A stretch of 64,000 bases of DNA from Eledone cirrhosa (lineage: Eukaryota), in the NCBI GenBank assembly GCA_964016885.1, contig OZ024742.1, positions 248,248,001 to 248,312,000 of the forward strand. The letters are read 5' to 3'. Each line of letters starts with the position of its first letter. Position 1 is the first letter of the stretch. Shown here piece by piece: positions 1-12,549 of the stretch. The notes beneath the pieces were generated by a model. That model saw only the letters and a program-made list of their open reading frames with translations. It was not told the origin of the DNA and made no database searches. The position numbers and the translations under genes are program-made.

Positions 1-509
1 AGTTGTAGAGAATATTGGAAAGTCTCTTTAGTATCAAAGGTGAAACTAACGCCAGAATATTCCGTCGAAACGCAAAATTCAGTAAGAGGCCATTTTCTGT
101 TTATCTTGAAGACTTTTCACCTTGTTCAAATATTTAATCAAGAAATTGTCGATTTTTTGCCGAGTTGAAAGGAAACCCAGAAAACACCAGCAACATTTTT
201 AAAATAGAAACAATAAAAATAATAATAAATATAAATACATAAAATAAAAGAAAAGAAATAATCATAATTTGTTTCCTTCACATAATATTATTTATAAAAA
301 TTTTCTTTTGTTTCTTTCCTGAATTTATAAGAAACGAAATCAATAACGATATTATTTGATGTAAATTTTAAAAAAAAGCTACATTTATCAAAATTGTTAA
401 ACAGTTCATCATTTCTTTTAAATACCAAAAAAATAAAAGAGAGACAAAGACTAAAAAAAACTATTTCAGATTTTGTCATATTGTTACCATAATAGTATAA
501 TGAAGACGC

Positions 510-554
<45 letters not shown>

Positions 555-966
555 AGACGATGATGATGATGATGATGATGGGGATGATGATAATAATAAT
601 AATAATGCTATTATTATTGCGGCAGTAATTATTCATTCCAGACATGTTCCAATTAATAAAATATAATCACAACAAGTTTTCACGTGAGAAAACAAAACAA
701 AACATAAGAGGTAATTTATATCCATATATGAATATAATAAAGAAGCCCATTCGTCAAGTTATGGCAATTGAAATCTATTGTCAACACTGAATGAATTACA
801 ATGTTTTTATATTGGAATGTCGTTTGTGTATAAAGTGCCTCGAAACGAAACATCGTTTATATATATAGAGATAGTTAGATATAAATAATATACATATATA
901 CATATATATATTCATATGTATATATGTATGTATCTATCAATCTATCTATCTATCTATCTATCTAGA

Positions 967-1025
<59 letters not shown>

Positions 1026-1039
1026 CTTTGATAACTTTG

Positions 1040-1290
1040 ATAGGTTTCTATTAATAGCACCACCTGGCGAAGTCTTACAAATCAGTGTTTGGGTACCATG
1101 GCCCACTCGAGCAGAGAGTTATTGTTTACGGAGGCATATCCGGGTGTAGGAGGCTTATCCGGGATTTATTGAAGGCATTTATCCAAAGACTTCTTCAACT
1201 TGATGGGGTCTGTCTCTGCTTTGATGTGTTTTGGTGTAATGTTAAAGAGTGCAGGGCCAATTGAGGTGAAATAATTGTACCGTATTGTTA
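1040..1290 (-). mobile_element. Decayed 3' end of a CR1/L2-group LINE
   Basis: Minus-strand translation reads NYFTSIGPALFNITPKHIKAETDPIKLKKSLDK, matching the GP.LFN.LP...FK..LDK C-terminus of CR1-group ORF2; contains stops. Confidence 0.55.
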
Positions 1291-1297
1291 TATTATA

Positions 1298-1373
1298 TAG
1301 AAGTGGTTACACAACAGTTAGTTCACCATACCTAGAACAATTGTTTCACCTTAGCGGATACTCAGCTCGTAAT
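1298..1373 (-). mobile_element. PLE pseudo-LTR fragment, family A, with decayed hammerhead (1331-1370)
   Basis: Near-identical to 25087-25141 and 33467-33521; core reads CTGAGTA (G8 mutated)...GAAA CAATTG TT. Confidence 0.75.
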
Positions 1374-1611
1374 GTATGTATCTATGTATATATATATATA
1401 TATATATATATGTCTGTGATATGTGTCGTCTAGTCCTCATACAAATGTTAATTAGTTAAACTCATATCACTATCTGAAGAGAAGTGAAAACATAGATGGG
1501 GCACTTTTGATTTATCTATAACCATAGAATCATAACAACTGTATTTAAGTTGAAAAGTTACATGAAGGACAAAACACTAGATTGAAATTGTAAACTGATT
1601 TATTATCCCTG

Positions 1612-1647
<36 letters not shown>

Positions 1648-1651
<4 letters not shown>

Positions 1652-1810
1652 ATTGTATAGAAGGAGCTTCTACAGGACTAGTACTGTTTCATTCAGATGA
1701 AACAGTACTAGTCCTGTAGAAGCTCCTTCTATACAATAAAAAAAGTTTACTCTGCCATGTATTGAGTACCTTACTTACTGTGGTTATCTCCGACTCAACC
1801 CGGGACCTAC

Positions 1811-1811
<1 letters not shown>
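1648..1811. repeat. Inverted pLTR-like pair (family E): perfect 45-bp arms 1648-1692/1697-1741, right arm extended about 70 nt
   Basis: Direct reverse-complement comparison; flanked on both sides by (TA)n; the extension recurs inverted at 38498-38560. Confidence 0.85.
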
Positions 1812-1909
<98 letters not shown>

Positions 1910-1973
1910 AGACAGACAGAGAAAAGAAGATAATACGAATTAGTTTCAGATGTTACTGTTTTTTATTGATAAG

Positions 1974-2048
1974 GCTGTGATTAATATTACAATGACGACA
2001 GTGGTCACGCGATTCTGAGTAACCAGTGCCATCATCTCATCAGAAAGC
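1974..2048 (-). ncRNA. Hammerhead ribozyme motif (slightly decayed)
   Basis: gcttt CTGATGA [GATGATGGCAcTGGTTAC-loop-GTGACCAcTGTCGTCATT] GTAA TATTAA TC acagc; long stem II, GAAA mutated to GTAA, stem I 4/5 paired. Confidence 0.6.
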
Positions 2049-2290
2049 TTCTTACATAATAAGGTTACAGTGAAGTCTTATAAAATAAGGGAACGCGCGA
2101 AGGCTTCAAGAACATCATCTTTGTCCGTTCCTTCGTTTTAATTTGGATTGCGCGCGCGTGTCTGTGTGTGTGTGAGTTCAGTAAAAGATGTTTTGGTAAA
2201 AATCAGCAGTAAGCAGAGGAAGCTCTCTATATTCGTAGTGTGTAATTAACATGGAGATTCAGGATAAGTAGAACATTAACACAGATGGTG

Positions 2291-2570
2291 CGATTACATA
2301 ACGCGCTTATTCATTATAGTTATTTTAATGGTTCCCTTATGCAATCCACAATGTAACGTATGGATTTCTTGTTGGAATGCGAATGGTTTCTTCAGATGAA
2401 AATCCGTTTATGTGATATACCGCAGGCAAAACAATCATATCCTTCTACTTGTGTTCCGGGTAAGCAATCCCATATACAATCCCAGACAACAACAAATGCA
2501 TGCGTTACATCGTGGATTGCATAAGGAAACCATTGAAATAATTATAATGAATTAACTCTTTATGTAATCG
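2291..2570. repeat. Diverged inverted pair (family G), arms about 2291-2374/2487-2570, with composite hammerhead
   Basis: Arms are diverged reverse complements; left arm (minus) gives ttcat CTGAAGA..., right arm gives GAAA TAATTA TA atgaa. Confidence 0.7.
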
Positions 2571-2590
2571 AAGAATCCTTTTTAATGTTA

Positions 2591-2622
<32 letters not shown>

Positions 2623-2657
2623 ATAAATGCAATCTGAGTTTTTCGAATATTAATAAT

Positions 2658-2731
2658 TGTTTCTACTTTAGGCACAAGGCCAGCAAATACCCAGTGCATT
2701 ACTGGTCAACCTCGGCAGGATTTGAACTCAG
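2658..2731 (-). mobile_element. Internally deleted SINE inserted in a pLTR fragment (family P) with 11-bp TSD
   Basis: ATATTAATAAT at 2647-2657 and 2732-2742; the uninterrupted host sequence is seen at 3047-3085 and 16666-16748. Confidence 0.8.
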
Positions 2732-2796
2732 ATATTAATAATAATATTCGATTCGTTTGCAATTATGCAGATAGCCTCTTTAAGCCATGTCAGTAC

Positions 2797-2845
2797 AACT
2801 GCAGACAGTAATGTTTCTTCGTGATTACCCTTCATCAGTGCAGTT
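2797..2845 (-). ncRNA. Hammerhead ribozyme motif (family P)
   Basis: aactgca CTGATGA agggtaatcacgaa GAAA CA-TTAC-TG TC tgcagtt: perfect 7-bp stem I, GUC triplet, weak stem II. Confidence 0.75.
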
Positions 2846-3197
2846 TACTGCTTAACTGCCAACTGTCAGAGCTTGTGAAAATATAAGATATTTTCTGAAA
2901 TATACAATGAGTGATTGGCCTGATTTGCATATTCGCAGATAGACCAGTCAGTTTCATGTATACGGACGATTAATGGCCGGCTTTGAAATATTCAAATAAC
3001 TAACAACTAGTTATCGCTCAACATGGCAGAATTCAATAAATGTTATCTGAGTTTTTCGAATATTAATAATAATATTCTATTCGTGCTTGCAGCTCTGTTT
3101 CCATGCTAACACAAGAGCGAGAATGAGGATCTCATTCTACTGGCATGTCGTATAAAAGAGGTTGTTTGTATAAATGCAAACGAGGGATAAGTAGTTG

Positions 3198-3230
<33 letters not shown>

Positions 3231-3233
<3 letters not shown>

Positions 3234-3420
3234 CTGTTTCTACTTTAGGCACAAGGCCAGCAATTACCCAGTGCATTACTGGTACTTTATTTTATCTACC
3301 CCGTAAGGATGAAAGGCAAAGTCAACCTCGGCGGGATTTGAACTCAGATCGTAAAGGGACGTAACTATGCTGGAAAGCATGGCGTCCGACCCTCTACCGA
3401 TACTGCCAATCCACCGCCTT
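3231..3420 (-). mobile_element. tRNA-derived SINE (main family, about 190 bp)
   Basis: A-box-like TGGCAGTATCGG, B-box GAGTTCAAATCC, central GCCTTTCATCCTTACGGGGTCGATAAAATAAAGTACCAG domain, ATT-type tail; more than 12 copies in the window. Confidence 0.9.
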
Positions 3421-3536
3421 ATATTATTATTATTATATATATATATATATATAATAATAATAAATTTGAAGACTAAAATCCAAAGAGGTCTCGATAAGGA
3501 TAAATATATATCAAATATATAAGAACCGTAGAGCAA

Positions 3537-3681
3537 ATATTTATTAAAATAACAGATTAAAGTTTAAGCAAAGAATCGCTGCTTTCACCCTTAACAGGAT
3601 ATTCTGAAACTCAAAAGATCCCGTTAAGGGTGAAAGCAGCGATTCTTTGCTTAAACTTTAATCTGTTATTTTAATAAATAT
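3537..3681. repeat. Inverted pLTR-like pair (family F), 64-bp arms 3537-3600/3618-3681
   Basis: One mismatch between arms; arms begin with AGA TCCC GTTAA GGGT GAAA (3' half of a hammerhead); ends at (TA)n. Confidence 0.85.
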
Positions 3682-3870
3682 ATATATATACTCAATACAT
3701 AAACATAGAAAGCCCTAAGCGATATTCTGACCAACTCCATCTCACTCAACAAACATTAGGATATACCTAAGTATTTTCCCAATTTAGTGTTTGGGTGCTA
3801 ACTAGTCAGTATTTCGTGGATAGCTGGTTGTATTATTTTATATGAGACATTAAATAAATATCTCTTTCCT

Positions 3871-3994
3871 TCCAGACGGCCGTTTCGTTATAAGATTTCT
3901 ACAATTTGTGATAAATAATGTCCAGTTTATGTAGAAACTTGTACATAATCCATAGTTTTATGCACAAGCGGACTCTTATAAACTCATCAGTGGA
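3871..3994 (-). ncRNA. Hammerhead ribozyme motif, canonical core, about 80-nt loop II
   Basis: tcca CTGATGA GTTTATAAGA-loop-TCTTATAAC GAAA CGGCCG TC tgga; palindromic stem III ACGGCCGT, GUC triplet. Confidence 0.8.
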
Positions 3995-4231
3995 TGCCCA
4001 AATAATATCGATATAAGAATTATATCAACATTAATATATTGGTGATGGTCTCCCTCAGCGCTAATAAGAGACTGGTAGATTAGAAAATTCAGCAGTCCTC
4101 CCAAAGATGAAATACACACTGTCCCCAAGAGGGTAAAGTTTCTATGGTGGTTTGAGTAGTAGCTAACACAATTATTATATATAACAATATACACGTTGGC
4201 CATTTAAACCTGTTAGGTATTAACCACGTGA

Positions 4232-5830
4232 TATATATATATATAGTATACAAGAGAAAACACAGGTAAGCATTAAGAATAATAAACAAGTAAGACTACG
4301 TTAATACTCTCCTATTTATTTTATTATACGTATTTCGACGATGTATTGCCTTTGTTTAACATGTGCCAACGTGTCATCTTCAGATAAAATCCACACGCGA
4401 TAAAAAAAAATCCGTTGATATGCGACCGGTCGCACGAATTATTCATTTCGGCGACTGGCCAGCAGATCATGTATGAGTTGGAAATATATCTTACATTTGG
4501 CGTTGCTATTTCTGAACTGGCTAGGGTTTTGGGTTACAGGATTGGTCAATTAGTTCAAAGGGAAGCATGCATGGATTGTTAGTCTAGTTTTTCCTTTTAT
4601 GCGAGATTCAATTCACTTAACTATTATTTCAAGTTTTAGATATTTATCCATAGATGCTGATATTATAATGTAAATAAATATGAAAGAATTTTGAATTACT
4701 TATTTCATAGTCTTTTTAACTCTATTTACGTTTTAACTATGAAATATCTTGCTGATTTTGTGCAGACAAGAACTAAAACTTTCTGTTTATTTATAATGTT
4801 TTTATAATGTTATGTCTATTGTGTTTGGTGTGGAGGATCTCTGTGGTACAGAGATCACACCCATTTAGATATAGATGCATTTGTGTATGGAAAAGTGTGT
4901 GAGAGTTTTTGCCAAGAAAGGGAATATTCAACATTTTTATTTTTAAACGACCAAATCAGTTCTGACAGGGCCGTTCTACATCTTTTATCTTCTCTTTTAA
5001 ATGAGTGGCGATGGTTGTACCACCTTTCCTTAAATCTAGTGGAAGTTGCGCCAATATAACTATAAGACTCACTACTAGTTTTTACTTTGCACCTATATTA
5101 TTATCTAGAGAGTTATGATTAAATGGGCAAATATTACTATTTCTACAGTTGCAGTTATTTCCGTTACCCTTCGAATTTCCATCCCTAGGTTTATCTTATC
5201 TATGTTAACGGCTTTATCCCTTTTATTCGAGTTTCTGTTTATTCTATGAACGCTTCAATGTTTGCTATAGTGAGTTAACTTCCTATGTTTAATTCCTAGA
5301 TTTCTATTGTTAATTTTCGCTATATTCTGGGCTATGTTTTTGATAGTCGAGTAGGAAATTTGATTATGTGTCGGTTATAGATTTTACTGTATTTATGTGA
5401 TCTGTTAAAACACCTATCTAATGCATTAAAGAAAAGACTAGCTAAGATATTTTGAATTCCAAGGGGGTGGGGTGTATTATACCACAGAATGGAGCGGGAT
5501 CTAACACCCTTATGCAACTTTTTGGTGGTATTCGAGTTATATCCGTTTGAAATCTGATTTGTCCTGAGGTTATTGGTTTGGGTGGGAGTACCCACATTAT
5601 TTCGATTGCCATTAACTGTATGTATGCAAGTGTTAATAACTATGGGTTGTTTTTTTCTGTGAGAGTGTGTAATTATATTTATCTATATTCGTGTACTCAA
5701 TTTTATGCTGGTAGCCTTCTCTAGTTAATGCATTATTATAGTATCTAGACTTACTATCAAATATTTCCTTGTTAGCTGAAAGTCAAGAGATTATCAGCTC
5801 TACATTATTGACTATGGCCTTCTTAAAGTA
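4232..5830 (-). mobile_element. Decayed 5'-truncated Penelope-like element (linker/GIY-YIG region plus 3' pLTR)
   Basis: ORF 5332-5595 RSILWYNTPHP...FFNALDRCF...HKYSKIYNRH matches the WFNPP..TN.G..FL...D.HF...H....IFNR motif also seen at 25753-26064; (TA)n at both ends; hammerhead downstream. Confidence 0.8.
4318..4390 (-). ncRNA. Hammerhead ribozyme motif in the 3' pLTR of the 4.2-5.8 kb PLE
   Basis: attttat CTGAAGA t GAC-loop-GTC GAAA TACGTA TA ataaaat: perfect 7-bp stem I, palindromic stem III ATACGTAT. Confidence 0.85.
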
Positions 5831-5836
5831 TCTATA

Positions 5837-5931
<95 letters not shown>

Positions 5932-6332
5932 TTATATATATAATAATTGTGTTAACTACTACTCAAACCACCGTATAAAGTTCAAGCTCCGATGAATTGA
6001 CGGGTTATAACTTTGTATTGGTGATCGAGTAACGTGAAAATAAGCGGGTAGCGATCTCTAGACCTACCAGTTCAGAGAAACAAATGTCAGCAATGAGATT
6101 AAACACCTTTTTTGTATAGCAAACCGTGTCACTCTTCTTTCCTGATTTATTATTACTCCAAGTGTTTACAACATAGTAATTACAGCCTACTCGCAGCATC
6201 ACTATGGAAACGCCTTGTTGAGTCAAACTTAGCCAAGCGTTGATAACATCCACTACCCGGAGTACCATAACTGGACTACACCTAAGTGGACTACCTATAA
6301 CAATAATTTGTTACCGCGTATATATATATATA

Positions 6333-7230
6333 CTAGCAAATGACCACCGTCCATTGGAAGGTATCAGTTCTTGGTAGGGCTGCAATGTTAATGGTCAATT
6401 TCCGTGTTGTATGTTTAACTTGGAGGATAATTTTACCTGATCAACTCTTTCAATAAAATAAAATGAGACGGTATTCAAAAAGAGCAAGTTTTATTTACAG
6501 ATATGTGTCATTAAAATGTGAACATAGAGAAATGTATCGTTAGCCGTGTCGGTTGAACAATGTGTATTTTAAAACATCCATAATGTACACACACACACAA
6601 ACACATACACACACAAACATACACAAACACACACACACACACACACATACACACACACAATCCCAAGACGTGACGTTGTGGAAGGGGGAGAGTTAAGAAG
6701 TGTAATAAATAAGTTAAAATTATAAACGCTGTATTTATCATATTCGCGTCGCACACACTCCTCTCTTTCTTTATTTTACTCTCTCTGTCTCTGACTCATC
6801 TCTTTCTATCTCCCTCTCACACATCATTCTCTCTCTGGCCGTTATGGGAATTACACACACACACACACACACACACATGCACGCACACATACACACACAA
6901 ACACATACACACACATATACACACGCACATACACATACAATCCCATAACGTCGTGTTGTGGAAGGGGGAGAGTTAAGAAGTGTGTAAAAGGAACGCTCTC
7001 TCTCTTTATGGCCGTCATGGAATTTGTTAGTGCAAAAGTCTATAAGATTATAAAATCGAAGTTTGTGACTTCGAAATTAATCATTATGAAATAATTTTTT
7101 CTTGATGTTACAAACCGTAGCCTATTTTGGCTCTGTGTTTAATTTGACAGAGATCGATGGAATATTTTCCAAGTGAAACTCTTTTACACACACACACAGA
7201 ACGGGAATTATATATATATATATATATATA
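6333..7230 (-). mobile_element. Probable non-autonomous Helitron-like element
   Basis: Minus-strand 3' CTAG (6333-6336) with an imperfect palindrome about 10 nt inside; internal (CA)n and duplicated about 48-bp block (6658-6705, 6938-6985); other end merges into (TA)n. Confidence 0.55.
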
Positions 7231-7321
7231 TAATGGAAAAATTTGAACAGGAACAAAACAGAGAGGCAGTACAACGAATGTTTATTAATTTCACGCTCTG
7301 GAGAGTGGGGTGGTGGTGGGG

Positions 7322-7355
7322 AACGACGTTTCGGGCATAAGCCCTTCCTCAGGTG
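7322..7355 (-). ncRNA. Minimal hammerhead motif
   Basis: CTGAGGA a GGGC TTAT GCCC GAAAC GTC; loopless palindromic stem III (ACGT), weak stem I; lies in a 250-bp island between (TA)n tracts. Confidence 0.65.
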
Positions 7356-7476
7356 AGAAGTGTGTGGGAACAGAGTTCAAATGGTGTGTAGGGGAGTGGT
7401 GGAGAGACATATAGCGAAAGAAAACGGTGCGAATGAAATTAAAAATAAAAATAAAAATAAAGCATGATCAAAATAA

Positions 7477-7658
<182 letters not shown>

Positions 7659-8095
7659 CATTCTGTTTTACGTTCGCGCCTTTCACAACACTTTCTTTCC
7701 TTTCTTTCAGAGCATTACATCAACGACCCCCGCATATGCACATCAAGTTCTGCCTTTAATAATTATTCATCTTGACTAACATTTAAAAGATAAAAGGAAT
7801 TACAATGTTTCTCCTTTCTTTCTAGCACTTCTGTATCCTATAATAACTCCCATCATAAAGTAATTCTATGTGTTCATTCATCATACTTGGTACATGGTGT
7901 GAAGTGAGAACCCTGTCGAAACGTTTAAATATGACAACAACAACAACGCAGAAAAAGAAATTTAGAATTGAATGACAATAATGGGAGGGGAAAAATGGCT
8001 TGTACAGAGAAGTTATCAAGTATGAGTATATATACACACAAACATACACAAACACACACGCACATATTTATGTGTGTCAGTGTATATATATATAT

Positions 8096-8275
<180 letters not shown>

Positions 8276-8344
8276 TATATATATATATACTTGTAAATTT
8301 ATTATAGATTTATTATAAATATATTATCTATATTATACAGTATG

Positions 8345-8461
<117 letters not shown>

Positions 8462-8567
8462 TTATATATACATATATATACATATATGTGAGTATGTGTG
8501 TGTGTATGCTAAGTTGTACTTGATAATTCCTCTCTCTCTCTATATATATATACACACATACACACAG

Positions 8568-8632
<65 letters not shown>

Positions 8633-9408
8633 TATATATATATATGCATAGCCCTTTCACTCTCTTTCTTTCACTCTGCATATATATCTGCATGTGCATT
8701 TTAATGCATGTATGCCTTTACCTGGATGTGTGCAAGTGTATGTTTGTGTATGTGTAAATGAAATTGTTAAGATCTGTTTTATTATCGGATCAACAGTAGG
8801 GTGGAGTTGATGGGGATGCTTCTTGTTAAATGGAGGGTAGGAAGTTAAATCAAGCAGAAATAACGCTCTGTATTTGATTATATATATTTAAGTGATATTT
8901 TATATAGTTAGAATGTGTATATGAAGAATACTTAACGTATATTATGAATCGGGCAATGTAGGAAGCAGTGTATTTAGCACCCATAAATATTTGCTTCTTC
9001 ATTTATGATCATCAACTCTCAATTGATATAATAATGTTCTGAATATTATTTGATGTATTATATGTTATGACATGCCATATACTATGACTCATCACATCAT
9101 ATAATATATCATAGTGTGTAACATGTTATGTACAGTGATGTATCACAATAGATATGAAATATTTCAATATACGACATGATATAATATGTGGGATCTCACA
9201 ATATGTGATATGTAACACTATGAGGCATGTCAAAATAAGAAAGACTTATAACATAAATAAATATATTTGTTATATCTCAAAGCATGTAAGAATATATGAA
9301 ATATCAGAAGCTATGTTATGAAAGAATACATGACATGTCCAACTATAAAACATGTGGGAATACACAAATGTTTCATAGTAATGACATATCAGATATATAT
9401 ATATTCAT

Positions 9409-9593
9409 GGATTGGCAGTACCGGTAGAGGGTCGGACGCTATGGTTCGACGCATGGAGTTACAGCCCTTGCCATTCTGAGTTCAAATCCCGCCGAGGATA
9501 ACTTTGCCTTTTATCCTTACGTGGTCGATAAAATAAAGTACCTGTAATGCACTGGGTAATTATTGGCCTTGTGCCAAAAGTAGAAACAATTAT
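9409..9593 (+). mobile_element. tRNA-derived SINE (main family)
   Basis: Reverse complement of 3231-3420. Confidence 0.9.
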
Positions 9594-9873
9594 CATCTTA
9601 GACATGACCAGTCCATTATTTCATGTGTGTAGAGATTTAATATATTCTAGCCCTGATTAAAATCTTAGTGTATATATTAAGGGTAATATTTGTCTGAATT
9701 CTAGCCACTGTAACGTCAACATAGAAGCTACTTCGTAGTCCCTACCATTCTGTTATTTCCTTGGTTAATCAAATGTGTGTATGTAGAGAAATAGAGATAG
9801 AGAGAACGACAACAAGATAATGAGGCCAAGTGTTATATATATATATATATATATACATACAAACATACATGCG

Positions 9874-9939
<66 letters not shown>

Positions 9940-10009
9940 TGTGTGTGGAGACAGAGAGAGAGTGAGTGAGAAAGAGAGTGACAGAGATAGATAGATAGAA
10001 AGAGTGAGA

Positions 10010-10045
<36 letters not shown>

Positions 10046-10269
10046 ATGTAAGGAATTGCAGAGTGACGGCTCGATCAGTTATTAGATTGTCTATAAAACT
10101 CAAAGAATTAGGTGCAAATAGAATATAATTCCATATTTGATGTCTGAACTTGGATTGATTTTTTCCTGTTATATACCAGATATTTTTACACCTATTTCTC
10201 ATCACACGCATGCAAACACACACGCACACACCTACGCACACACACGCGCACATACGGATACAAGCACCC

Positions 10270-10323
<54 letters not shown>

Positions 10324-10600
10324 TAAGCAAAAAGGATATTTAATTTGTTGGTAATTCAACAAATATATATGTTTATAACTGATTCGAAGCACTCGACAGT
10401 ATTTCTGGAGTATAATATCAATGATATTAAATAAATGGAAACTATATTTATAAAACCATATTTATTCCCTTATATATATTTCAAGGGTACCAAAACTTTG
10501 GTACACCCTCGTCAGATGAAATACAAAGTTTGTTTCATAAATATTGACATATCCAGGAAGAAGATATACCGTTAAGATCTTCTTCCTGGATATGTAGTTT
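10324..10600 (-). mobile_element. PLE pLTR-like fragment, family B, ending in a small inverted repeat (10548-10597)
   Basis: Homologous copies at 23007-23135, 34335-34600, 37779-38029, 38660-38713 and 56251-56500; all abut (TA)n. Confidence 0.8.
10464..10522 (-). ncRNA. Hammerhead ribozyme motif (family B)
   Basis: atttcat CTGACGA gggtGTACCA-aagttt-TGGTACcctt GAAA TATATA TA agggaat. Confidence 0.75.
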
Positions 10601-10639
10601 CCATTTATTTGATATCATTGATACACATATATATATTTA

Positions 10640-10719
<80 letters not shown>

Positions 10720-10778
10720 CACACACACACGTACACACACGGACACACACACACACACATATACATATATATATATAC

Positions 10779-10900
<122 letters not shown>

Positions 10901-12481
10901 TTATACGACACTGTCTGCATTTTTATATATATATATGTGTATGTTATAAATTCGACACTGTCTGTATGTTTTTGGATATTTTTAATGATTATCCAAACAA
11001 AAGTATGTTTTTATGTCCTATGTTAAAACCACTATTATTTTCAGATTAATAATCAGCATTTTCTAAACCTTTGTGGTTTCGTATTCTTGCTGAAATACAG
11101 TAAATTGACTCGTGTTACAGCCAACAATAGCAGGGTCAAGGTTATTATTGTTGATATTGAAAACGTCTCTTTACACGCCTATAATCCGTGATGAGTTTTG
11201 TTTTGTGATAAGTGTATGATGCCTATATATCTGTATACCATTCTAATGTATTATGTTTATTGGTTCCGTGATTTCTGTATATGATAAATTTTCTATATTA
11301 ACGTTTAACCAATCTTGATTTCTATTTTTTGTTTTTGTATATCTTGTTTGTATTTCTTAGTGGTTTGTATTCCTTGTAAGTGCATGTTGTGTCTGGGAAA
11401 CTAACGTTGATGTATCTCCAATCGCTGTTGTGAATTTTACATTTCCGTTTTCAATGAAATTCGTACATTACATTGATCATTACTAGTGTGTTGGAAGGCG
11501 TATATTGTTTGTTACTTAGGTCGCTGATGTGACATTTAAAATCAAGAATAAGAGCTCTACCCTTCCAATATTCCACGAAGAACAAAGACAATGACCTACA
11601 GTAAAACATGGCAATTAATTATAAACAGCTTCTGTATAACGTGATGAATCTTTAGATTTATAACTCCCTGGTGACAACTTTAAATAGTCACAAGTATAGT
11701 TGGGTACAACGTTGGCAAACTCTAGAATTTTGGTTTACATTTCAAATAATTATTCTCAAAGGCCAACTCTCTGATATTTTATGTCTTGCATTCACTTCCA
11801 TTTCACAGCATTTTACTTTGTTTTATGAGAGCCATTTGTTGGGAGATTGTGGTCTGAATGATGGCAAGCTTTGCTAGGTTCCTTAATAAAGCAGTTAAAG
11901 ACCTTGCCGCTGGCATATTTATCACTTTATTGCTGCTCTTTAATTAATAGTTATGGCCAATATTGCTGACGGTACATTAATTTTTTTGTTCTTCCCACAG
12001 TTAATGTATTCGTTGGTTAAATTCACGCGATCTCTCGTTCAACTGAAATCTCACATCAAATGAAAAGCTTGTGACATGAACAGGACATATTTTCAAGTTA
12101 TTTCAAAATGAAAATAAACGAAAATTGTTTAAATTATGGGAATCACTCTCAGTATAGTTAACAATAACAACGACAGCTAACACTAACTCTATAACTATAC
12201 CTTCTATACGAAGAAGCTGAATTTAACTCTATTGATATCAAACCATACATAGTTTTATTATATATATCTGTTTATTTTAAGGTGTTTGTATATATCTAAC
12301 ATTCTTTCATCATAATTCTATGCAAGAAATTCAGTTATCCCAAGTACAAAACTAATAGCGAAAACCTTCATCATATTCCTATATTTCTCTACATGCTTAC
12401 ATATTTTCAAAAGAATTTGAAAATAAAAAGGAATTTATTTTATGAGAAACGAAAGAACCAGTCCAGTGCTGCGGCCAATTT

Positions 12482-12536
<55 letters not shown>

Positions 12537-12549
12537 ATATATATATATA

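Noticed and set aside
1470-1530. CTGAAGA with AAGTG/CACTT stem in a TA-flanked island
   Set aside because: 3' core absent; too decayed to call.
3231-3420. tRNA gene calls at SINE heads
   Set aside because: Only A/B boxes are retained, no cloverleaf; part of multi-copy SINEs.
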